This document shows positions 1-6,400 of a DNA stretch of 33,255 nt, piece after piece. This DNA comes from Minisyncoccota bacterium (lineage in GTDB: Bacteria; Patescibacteriota; Minisyncoccia; UBA6257; JAGOQP01), in assembly GCA_036170035.1 (NCBI GenBank), contig JAVHOK010000047.1, positions 1 through 33,255 on the forward strand, read 5' to 3'. The translations under genes were made by a program, and so were the position numbers. Position 1 is the stretch's first letter; every line of letters starts with the position of its first letter. The notes under the pieces are model-generated. The model had not been told where the DNA came from. It did no database searches and saw only the letters and a list, made by a program, of their open reading frames with translations.

Positions 1-88
1 GCGGAAAGGGAGAGATTCGAACTCTCGGTGCCATTGCTGGCACACAGTCTTTCCAGGACTGCCAGTTAAACCACTCCTGCACCTTTCC
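1..88 (-). tRNA. tRNA-Ser(GGA); discriminator G at 2, first C of CCA at 1, rest off-window
   Basis: The reverse complement folds as a type II tRNA. Acceptor GGAAAGG/CCTTTCC, U8, 3-bp D stem. Anticodon stem CAGTC/GACTG with loop CTGGAAA (anticodon GGA). Long variable arm GTGCC-AGCAAT-GGCAC. T arm GAGAG-TTCGAAT-CTCTC. Confidence 0.85.
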
Positions 89-146
89 GCTTTATGCGGG
101 ATTGCGATTTGTAGATAAATTTTATATGAATTTAAAATTTATACAA

Positions 147-190
147 ATTGGGAACAAGCCAAACGCACTAGACCACTATGCGACCTCTCC
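147..190 (-). pseudogene. tRNA 5'-half-like fragment (acceptor 5' strand, D arm, imperfect anticodon arm); no T arm or acceptor 3' strand
   Basis: Reverse complement reads GGAGAGG-TC-GCAT-AGTGGTCTA-GTGC-G-TTTGG-CTTGTTC-CCAAT. U8, A14, GG and A21 are conserved and the D stem has 4 bp. No CCTCTCC-like partner or GTTCGAATC-type T arm lies between 91 and 146. Confidence 0.4.
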
Positions 191-210
191 AGTTATTTTT
201 ATGTTGTTTT

Positions 211-239
211 ATATTAATTGAAACTTTCTGTTTTTACAA
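211..239 (-). promoter_or_regulatory. sigma70-type promoter on - strand (TTGTAA-17-TAATAT) reading into the tRNA relic and tRNA-Ser
   Basis: Plus-strand TTACAA at 234-239 and ATATTA at 211-216 give TTGTAA / 17-nt spacer / TAATAT on the - strand. Confidence 0.4.
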
Positions 240-257
240 GATTAGATTATTTTTTGA

Positions 258-286
258 TTGACATGTTAATAAAAAGGTTATATTTT
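258..286 (+). promoter_or_regulatory. sigma70-type promoter TTGACA-17-TATTTT for ORF 317
   Basis: TTGACA at 258-263, 17-nt spacer, TATTTT at 281-286. It sits back-to-back with the - strand promoter. Confidence 0.4.
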
Positions 287-316
287 TAAATCAGTTATTT
301 AAAAAAGGAGGGTAAA

Positions 317-772
317 ATGCCCGACGGTAATACAGCAAAAGTTTTAAGTTTCGTTGATTGGTCAGAATTGGTAACGGTTCCAGTAAGTATGAAGCCTCTT
401 AGTGAAATTTTGAGAATGTCTGGGCTAAGGTGTCTTGATTTAAACAGGTTTAATAATGTTCGTCATAGTATTCTTAAAGAAGATTTTTTCAAAATTTCTT
501 TTGCAAAAATTGTTTCATCAAAGACAAATATGGAACAACTTTGTTCAACCCTTTTTTGTTGTGGTCGTCGTCCGCCACTATTAAGAGAATTTATTTTGGC
601 TTACATGTATTATGCAAAAACATTTTCATCTCCAGCGTGGGTGTGTTTAACCCCTCTTCAAGAAGAAAATATTCTATATTTTCCAATTATTAATGAAAAT
701 AGAGATATTTTTTTTGTTCCGATGATTGGTAAGATACGGAAAGATTCTCTTTTTCCTGTTGTATGCATCTAA
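317..772 (+). CDS. hypothetical protein (151 aa), no recognisable family
   Basis: Intact ORF preceded by canonical AAGGAGG 5 nt before the ATG. Its own promoter lies upstream and a hairpin terminator downstream. Confidence 0.6.
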   Translation: MPDGNTAKVLSFVDWSELVTVPVSMKPLSEILRMSGLRCLDLNRFNNVRHSILKEDFFKISFAKIVSSKTNMEQLCSTLFCCGRRPPLLREFILAYMYYAKTFSSPAWVCLTPLQEENILYFPIINENRDIFFVPMIGKIRKDSLFPVVCI

Positions 773-826
773 CTTTTGATTTAAAATGTTTTTGGTATTT
801 TGTGGTAGTATTTTTTTATAAATATT

Positions 827-854
827 GAGCGTCTATGATAGACGCTCTTTCTTT
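827..854 (+). terminator. intrinsic terminator
   Basis: GAGCGTCTA-tga-TAGACGCTC forms a 9-bp stem, followed by TTTCTTT. Confidence 0.75.
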
Positions 855-864
855 AAATTTAATT

Positions 865-893
865 TTGATAATAGATTTAAGATGTTGTATAAT
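865..893 (+). promoter_or_regulatory. sigma70-type promoter TTGATA-17-TATAAT
   Basis: TTGATA at 865-870, exact 17-nt spacer, consensus TATAAT at 888-893. This is 20 nt upstream of the ATG at 913. Confidence 0.55.
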
Positions 894-912
894 TTAGTTA
901 ATGTATTTATAA

Positions 913-1218
913 ATGAAAAAAAATTGCGAAATAAATCAAGAAATAGATTTACATGGATTTTGGCCAGGAGTTACCTCAAAAGAAATTTGTGATTATATCT
1001 TAGAAGAGACTCTTAATTTTAAGAAAGATAATGTTCGTTATGCGAGATATATAATCGGCAAAGGAGAAAATTCAAAAAATGGTCCAGTTGTTTCCGAAAT
1101 TGCAATTTTATTTTTAGAAAATCTAGTGCAGGGAGAAATTATAAAAAGTTATCAATACGAAAAAAATATTTTTAATAATACAGTTAATAAAGGTGCGGTA
1201 ATAGTTAAATTATTTTAA
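913..1218 (+). CDS. stand-alone Smr-domain protein (101 aa)
   Basis: The IDLHG motif near the N-terminus and the IIGKGENS motif match the Smr (MutS2 C-terminal / SmrA-SmrB) nuclease domain pattern. Confidence 0.7.
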   Translation: MKKNCEINQEIDLHGFWPGVTSKEICDYILEETLNFKKDNVRYARYIIGKGENSKNGPVVSEIAILFLENLVQGEIIKSYQYEKNIFNNTVNKGAVIVKLF

Positions 1219-1222
1219 TAAA

Positions 1223-1594
1223 ATGAGTTTTGAACAAATAAATATAACCCCAGAATCTGAATTTGACCAAGTGGAATATAAGTTAGAAGATTTATTAGAA
1301 GATGTAAAAAATAGTCCAGAAAAATGTTTTGGAGATTTTTGGTCTTTTTTTGATAAAGAAATTAGTGATGTTAATTTATCTGATGACGAGAAAAATGAGA
1401 TTTGTAAAATAGCCGAATCGGTATTAGAAAGTAGGACAGAAATTTTGGAAGAATTTTTGAGTGGGGCAGTTATAGACAAAGATGGAGATGATTTTTCTAG
1501 TAGTCAGATAGTTCAAGATTCGTCATATCCTCTTTTGCTTAGATTAGAAGAAAAAATATCAGCCGACCAAGCTCTTCATCAAGAAACATTGTAA
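1223..1594 (+). CDS. highly acidic hypothetical protein (123 aa)
   Basis: ORF starts 4 nt after the Smr gene stop. By my count 32 D/E versus 10 K/R. No family recognised. Confidence 0.6.
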   Translation: MSFEQINITPESEFDQVEYKLEDLLEDVKNSPEKCFGDFWSFFDKEISDVNLSDDEKNEICKIAESVLESRTEILEEFLSGAVIDKDGDDFSSSQIVQDSSYPLLLRLEEKISADQALHQETL

Positions 1595-1601
1595 AAAATG
1601 T

Positions 1602-2006
1602 ATGAGAAAAAATAATTGGCAGCAATGGTATAGCGCGCTTATCAAACCAGAATGGACTCCTTCTGGACAAGTGATTGGAATAATTTGGTCAATTTTATAT
1701 CCCTTGATAATTTTTAGTTTTTTCTATGTTGCTTATAAAACTTTTAAACATCAAATTCCTTGGTATATTTTTTTGGTTTTTATTATAAATATTGTTGCTA
1801 ATTTATTATTTACCACGATTCAGTTTGGTTGGAAAAATCTTCCGTTAGCAAGCGTAGATATATTGATAGTTTTGGTGACAATTATTTTACAAATGATTTT
1901 AATTTATCCTTATTCAAAGATCGTCGCCTTTTTACAGGTGCCGTATCTTGTTTGGGTTTCTACGGCTTCTTATTCACAACTTTACTTAAGTATTTTTAAT
2001 CGCTAG
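1602..2006 (+). CDS. tspO: TspO/MBR family (tryptophan-rich sensory protein), short form
   Basis: WYSALIKPEWTPSGQVIGIIWSILYPL matches the TspO signature WY..L.KP.w.P....W..LY. Four hydrophobic helices follow. The usual first TM helix appears absent. Confidence 0.7.
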   Translation: MRKNNWQQWYSALIKPEWTPSGQVIGIIWSILYPLIIFSFFYVAYKTFKHQIPWYIFLVFIINIVANLLFTTIQFGWKNLPLASVDILIVLVTIILQMILIYPYSKIVAFLQVPYLVWVSTASYSQLYLSIFNR

Positions 2007-2495
2007 TTATTTAATTAGAATAAAAACAATAAGAACAACAATAATTTGAGTAATTATTCCTGGGAGAGGTTTATTTTTCCAATTTATCTTTGTATGAAAA
2101 TTGTTATGAATTTTATGAATTAAAACAAGGGGTTGTTTTTTAAACTTCATATAAACGAGTTGCAGGGCATCGGGCATTATTCCTCCAATAGCTCCAGAAA
2201 ATAATAATGGAAGAGAGGCGAAATTTTTATCCCAAAAGAATATTAGGGTGATTAATAAACCCAAAGCAATATCTCTAAAGATTCTTAAAAGATCGTAGTA
2301 AAAATTTTTACCAATATATAAATTTTCTGTTTTTCCGTCTTCCGATTTCTCATAAGATAACAATTTATAATCCCAATGAGGGATAGCATCTAAAACATAG
2401 TGACTTAAAAATCCAACAAAAAATCCCAAAATGGGGTTTGTGGTTACTAAAGATGCAACTCCTGCTCCAACAATTGAGTGTGTGGCTAAAATCAT
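2007..2495 (-). CDS. membrane-bound metal-dependent hydrolase-like protein (YdjM/DUF457-like)
   Basis: Polytopic membrane protein with HS..G near the N-terminus and the HYVLDAIPHWDY motif. I prefer the start at 2495 (MILATHS) because the upstream ATG at 2531 lies inside the predicted -10 box. Confidence 0.5.
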   Translation of the reverse strand: MILATHSIVGAGVASLVTTNPILGFFVGFLSHYVLDAIPHWDYKLLSYEKSEDGKTENLYIGKNFYYDLLRIFRDIALGLLITLIFFWDKNFASLPLLFSGAIGGIMPDALQLVYMKFKKQPLVLIHKIHNNFHTKINWKNKPLPGIITQIIVVLIVFILIK

Positions 2496-2512
2496 AATTT
2501 TTTTAAACTGTA

Positions 2513-2541
2513 TTGAAAACAATATTATCATATACTATAAT
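2513..2541 (+). promoter_or_regulatory. sigma70-type promoter TTGAAA-17-TATAAT for lemA
   Basis: TTGAAA at 2513-2518, 17-nt spacer, TATAAT at 2536-2541. The predicted TSS is downstream of the tracked ATG at 2544, which supports the 2574 start. Confidence 0.5.
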
Positions 2542-2549
2542 TAATGCAA
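2522..2549 (-). promoter_or_regulatory. candidate - strand promoter TTGCAT-16-TAATAT for the hydrolase-like gene
   Basis: Plus-strand ATGCAA at 2544-2549 and ATATTA at 2522-2527. Confidence 0.35.
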
Positions 2550-2573
2550 TTAATAAATATCCTAAACAAAAAT

Positions 2574-3128
2574 ATGAAAAAAGGTACTATTATTATTTTG
2601 GCGGTTGTTGTTTTGTTGGTTTTGTATGGAGTTGTTATGTACAATTCATTAGTGGCAAAGAATGAGGAAGTAGACAACCAATGGGCAAAAGTTGAAACAC
2701 AATACCAGAGGAGATTTGATCTTATTCCAAATTTAGTTGAAACGGTTAAAGGAGCAATGAAACAAGAACAAGATGTTTTTGGAAAGATAGCTGATGCAAG
2801 AACAAAATATGCTGGAGCAAAAACAGTTGATGAAAAAGCAGTAGCAGCGTCAGAAGTAGAGGGTGCTTTTGCAAGATTATTGGTGGTGATGGAAAATTAT
2901 CCTCAATTAAAATCAATTGATGTAGTTCTTTCTTTGAAAGATGAATTAGCAGGAACAGAAAACAGAGTGAGCGTTGAGAGAACTAGATTTAATGATACGG
3001 TTAAGGAGATGAATGTATCAGTTAAAAAATTCCCAACTAATTTATTTGCTTCTCTTTTTGGGTTTGGAGAAAGAAGTTATTTTCAGGCAGTGGTTGGTTC
3101 AGAAGAAGTTCCAAAAGTAAACTTCTAA
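2574..3128 (+). CDS. lemA: LemA family protein
   Basis: N-terminal TM helix followed by YNSLV...QW..VE.QYQRRFDLIPNLVETVKG...E..VF, the LemA signature. Confidence 0.85.
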   Translation: MKKGTIIILAVVVLLVLYGVVMYNSLVAKNEEVDNQWAKVETQYQRRFDLIPNLVETVKGAMKQEQDVFGKIADARTKYAGAKTVDEKAVAASEVEGAFARLLVVMENYPQLKSIDVVLSLKDELAGTENRVSVERTRFNDTVKEMNVSVKKFPTNLFASLFGFGERSYFQAVVGSEEVPKVNF

Positions 3129-3134
3129 TAAAAA

Positions 3135-4055
3135 ATGTTTGGTAAAAAAATAATATTATTTATATCAATTGCACTGCTCCTTGTTTTAGGGGCGGTGTTT
3201 GCATTTGCTTATGAAAATCCCGGGAAGCCAACTAATTATGTAACTGATTTTGCAGGAGTATTAAACAATGAACAAATAAATTTACTTAGTTTAAAACTTA
3301 GAGAGTATCAAGAAAAAACAACTAATCAGGTTTTTGTAGTTGTAATAAAATCTTTGGATGGTGATTATATTGAAAATTATGCTGTTAATCTTTTTAAAGA
3401 TTGGGGGATTGGTCAAAAAGGAATTGATAATGGTGTTTTGTTACTTTTGGCAATGGATGAAAAAGAAATGAGAATAGAAGTTGGATATGGTCTAGAACCG
3501 TATTTAATTGATTCTCAGGCGGGAACAATTATTAGAGAAAACATAGCCCCTTATTTTAAAGATGGTAAATATTATGAAGGAATTAATGCTGGTGTAGATA
3601 AAATTATTTCTAAAATTGGGGAAACGCCTTTTAATCTTGATGAATCAAATAAATTAAGAGAAACAACAAGAGGAAAGTTTAATATTTTTGATTTAATTTT
3701 TTTCTTTCCGTTTGTTTTTATTATTTTAGTTAGAATACTAGGGAAAACTAAATCGTGGTGGTTGGGAGGAGTTTTAGGAGGAGTGATTGGAGTGATTTTT
3801 GGTTTAGTAAAAGCCTCTTTAATTATAGGAGCTATTTCTTCGGCTGTTTTTATTGGATTTGGACTTATTTTTGATTATTTATTATCTAGAGCCGGAGAAA
3901 GTGCTAGAAGTAAAGGGGATAAACCATGGTGGGATAAAAATAATCATAATGGAGGTGGAGGATTTTTTGGAGGAGGATTTGGTGGGGGAAGTGGTGGTTT
4001 TGGTGGAGGCGGGGGAGGATTTTCTGGTGGAGGAGGGTCAAGTGGAAGATGGTAG
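3135..4055 (+). CDS. TPM-domain (YgcG-like) membrane protein with Gly-rich C-terminus
   Basis: Signal/TM segment, then a TPM-like core (VTDFAGVL...Q.VVV...L.G..IE.YA..LF..WGIG....DNGVLLL.A....MRIEVGYGLE), TM helices and a GGGFGGG tail. It sits immediately after lemA, the classic pairing. Confidence 0.8.
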   Translation: MFGKKIILFISIALLLVLGAVFAFAYENPGKPTNYVTDFAGVLNNEQINLLSLKLREYQEKTTNQVFVVVIKSLDGDYIENYAVNLFKDWGIGQKGIDNGVLLLLAMDEKEMRIEVGYGLEPYLIDSQAGTIIRENIAPYFKDGKYYEGINAGVDKIISKIGETPFNLDESNKLRETTRGKFNIFDLIFFFPFVFIILVRILGKTKSWWLGGVLGGVIGVIFGLVKASLIIGAISSAVFIGFGLIFDYLLSRAGESARSKGDKPWWDKNNHNGGGGFFGGGFGGGSGGFGGGGGGFSGGGGSSGRW

Positions 4056-4059
4056 AGTC

Positions 4060-4094
4060 AACTAACAGCTAACGACTAACTACTTACAACAAAG
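4060..4094 (+). repeat. heptamer array copy A: AACTAAC AGCTAAC GACTAAC TACTTAC + AACAAAG
   Basis: Read directly from the sequence. Begins 4 nt after the TAG stop at 4053-4055. Confidence 0.8.
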
Positions 4095-4207
4095 ACATGA
4101 ATTATGATTCTAATATCCTCTTGCGTTAAAACTACGGAAGGACACAGTGCGAATCTTATGCTAATATAGCTAATTGCAAATAAAATAAGATGTGTAAAGT
4201 GTATCGT

Positions 4208-4900
4208 ATGAAGAAATTTGAGACAAAAAAATATTCTGTAGAAGAGGTGGTAAAAGAATTGAAAAAATATACCAATAAGAAAAATATTGCCGGGATGGTA
4301 AGATTTGGAATTAGAGGAAAAAATATTTTGGGTGGTCCCGATATTCCAACGCTAAGAAAAATTGGTAAGGAAATTAAAATTAATCATAAATTGGCTTTGG
4401 AGCTTTGGAAGTCGGGGATACACGAGGCAAGAATTCTTTGCTCTTATATAGATGACCCCAAATTAGTAACATCTTCACAGATGGATAAATGGGCAAAAGA
4501 TTTTGAATCGTGGGATGTTTGTGATCAGATGTGTAGCAATCTTTTTGATAAAACCGAATTTGTTTTGGATAAAATTAATAAATGGACTAAAGATAAAAGA
4601 GAGTTTGTGAGAAGGGCGGGTTTTGTTTTAATGGCAACTTCGGCGGTGCATAATAAAAAAGTTTCTGATAAATTTTTTGTAAACTTTTTTCCTTTGTTGG
4701 AAAAATACTGCGTAGATGAAAGAAATTTTGTAAAAAAGGCGGTTAATTGGGCTATTAGACAAATTGGGAAAAGAAACAAAAATTTAAGGAAGAGAGCCAT
4801 AGTCTTTTCAAAAAAATTATTAAAATTAGATTCTAAAAGTGCCAAATGGATAGCTGGGGATGCAATCAGGGAATTGTCAGAACATATTTTTAGACAATAG
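4208..4900 (+). CDS. DNA alkylation repair protein (AlkD-like HEAT-repeat family)
   Basis: Pattern VRFGI......G...P.LRKIGKEI..NH.LALELW.SGIHEARIL, followed by W..DF.SWD.CD, resembles the DNA alkylation repair enzyme family. Start chosen at MKKFETKK; 4190 is an alternative. Confidence 0.65.
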   Translation: MKKFETKKYSVEEVVKELKKYTNKKNIAGMVRFGIRGKNILGGPDIPTLRKIGKEIKINHKLALELWKSGIHEARILCSYIDDPKLVTSSQMDKWAKDFESWDVCDQMCSNLFDKTEFVLDKINKWTKDKREFVRRAGFVLMATSAVHNKKVSDKFFVNFFPLLEKYCVDERNFVKKAVNWAIRQIGKRNKNLRKRAIVFSKKLLKLDSKSAKWIAGDAIRELSEHIFRQ

Positions 4901-4946
4901 ATATTTTAAAAAATAAAAAGGTCGCTTTTTTAAAAACAAAATATTT

Positions 4947-5126
4947 ATGGATAAATTTTGTAAGACATGTGGCGGGTCAGTAGATGGATATAAATGTATT
5001 AACTGTGACGCAGAATTTGAATCTATAAAAGAAGATCATTCTTGTGGGGTGGATGGGTTTTATCTTAAATGTGAAGGTTGTGGACAGGTGGAGACAGAAT
5101 GTTCTTGTGTGGATGAAAATGAATAG
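4947..5126 (+). CDS. untracked small Cys-rich protein (59 aa), probable zinc-ribbon/metal-binding
   Basis: My translation: MDKFCKTCGGSVDGYKCINCDAEFESIKEDHSCGVDGFYLKCEGCGQVETECSCVDENE*. It has three CxxC pairs plus CxC. Start context is tatttATGg like neighbouring genes, and a hairpin follows. Confidence 0.5.
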   Translation: MDKFCKTCGGSVDGYKCINCDAEFESIKEDHSCGVDGFYLKCEGCGQVETECSCVDENE

Positions 5127-5141
5127 GGTTTATTTGCGCAG

Positions 5142-5179
5142 ACAAAATCCTCTTTAATATTAGTTAGGGAGGATTTTGT
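5142..5179 (+). terminator. hairpin after the Cys-rich ORF (possible terminator, no clean T-tract)
   Basis: ACAAAATCCTC (5142-5152) pairs with GAGGATTTTGT (5169-5179) around a 16-nt loop. Confidence 0.35.
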
Positions 5180-5229
5180 AATTAATCCAAAAGGCGACTA
5201 TACTTAAAGAATTATTTATCAAAACTTAT

Positions 5230-6381
5230 ATGTATTTACTTAATATTGTTCGTCGTTATAAGAATATATTTAAAAGCGAAAAAAAGCATTTGCTTAGGGT
5301 TATTATCAATAAAAAAAACCTTGAAGAAAATATAAGTTTTTTTAAGAGTATTTTTTCTAAACATCAATTGTCGGTGGTTTTAAAGAGTAATGCTTATGGG
5401 CATGGACTTAAAGAGATGGGATCTCTTTTGGATAAAGATGATAGGGTTAATTTTTTTGTGGTAGATAATATAATTGAAGCCAAAACATTGCGTGATTATG
5501 GGATAAAAAAAGCTATTATAATAATTGGATATATACCCAAGGGTGTAATTGAAGAGTTGAAGAGTATAAAAAATGTTATTTTAGTAATAAATTCTTTTGA
5601 ACAAGCAAAATACATTGCTGAGGAAATAAAATTTAAGTTAAAAGTTCATTTGAAAGTAGATACGGGCATGAATAGACAGGGAATGAGTTTTGATGAATTG
5701 AGGAATGCGATTGAAATTTTGAAAGATAGAAAAAATATTAATGTTGATGGACTAATGTCTCATTTGGCAGATGCGGATAATCAGGATGATACTTCTACTC
5801 AAATACAAATTAAGCGATGGCAAGATGCAATGAATATTTTTCGACATTATTATGTAGGTGGGATTCATCATTTTTCGGCAACGGCTGGGACAAAATATAT
5901 TTCGCAAACTCCAAGCAATTTAATTCGCGTAGGAATAGGGGCTTATGGATTTGATACAACTGCTGATAAAAGATTAAAGGTAAAGCCTGTTCTTTCTTTT
6001 ATGGCCAAGGTGGTGAATATAAAAAGGTTAAAAAAAGGAGAGGATGTTGGATATAATTTTACTTATAAAGCTCCAAGAGATATGACAATCGCCGTTGTGC
6101 CATGTGGATATTATGAAGGAATTCCAAGATCAATGAGTAATAAGGGGGTAATGTATTATCAAAATGTTTCTTTGCCAATTTTAGGAAGAATTAGCATGAA
6201 TTTAACTATTCTTGATATTACAGCTGTTGATGATAGGATAGGAATTGAAGATGAAATTGAGGTTTATTCTAATGATCCTCAAAAAGATAATTCTATTGAA
6301 AATGTCGCTAAAATATGTGATACAATACCGTATGAAATTATGGTGAGGATTAATAGTGGAATTAGGAGATTTGTAGAATGA
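5230..6381 (+). CDS. alr: alanine racemase
   Basis: PLP-lysine motif LKSNAYGHG, MSHLADAD and the PCGYYEG region. Confidence 0.85.
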   Translation: MYLLNIVRRYKNIFKSEKKHLLRVIINKKNLEENISFFKSIFSKHQLSVVLKSNAYGHGLKEMGSLLDKDDRVNFFVVDNIIEAKTLRDYGIKKAIIIIGYIPKGVIEELKSIKNVILVINSFEQAKYIAEEIKFKLKVHLKVDTGMNRQGMSFDELRNAIEILKDRKNINVDGLMSHLADADNQDDTSTQIQIKRWQDAMNIFRHYYVGGIHHFSATAGTKYISQTPSNLIRVGIGAYGFDTTADKRLKVKPVLSFMAKVVNIKRLKKGEDVGYNFTYKAPRDMTIAVVPCGYYEGIPRSMSNKGVMYYQNVSLPILGRISMNLTILDITAVDDRIGIEDEIEVYSNDPQKDNSIENVAKICDTIPYEIMVRINSGIRRFVE

Positions 6382-6400
6382 AAATGACTTTTGATTATAT

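Noticed and set aside
3853-4065. 70-aa alternate-frame + strand ORF, and the GGGFGGG-coding low-complexity repeat at the end of the TPM gene
   Set aside because: The ORF is a frame-shifted reading of the Gly-rich tail. Gly-rich C-termini are typical of YgcG/TPM proteins. It is not a separate gene, a CRISPR array or a tandem DNA repeat of note.
4096-4189. Possible small RNA or small ORF in the spacer between heptamer array A and the AlkD-like gene
   Set aside because: I could find no convincing hairpin, promoter with proper spacing, or ORF longer than 10 codons by eye.
6379-6381. Possible alternative genetic code (UGA recoding, as in some CPR-related lineages)
   Set aside because: TGA terminates alr here, with dnaG starting 20 nt later, and also terminates the 468-aa gene at 14140-14142. 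All conserved proteins translate full-length under the standard code.
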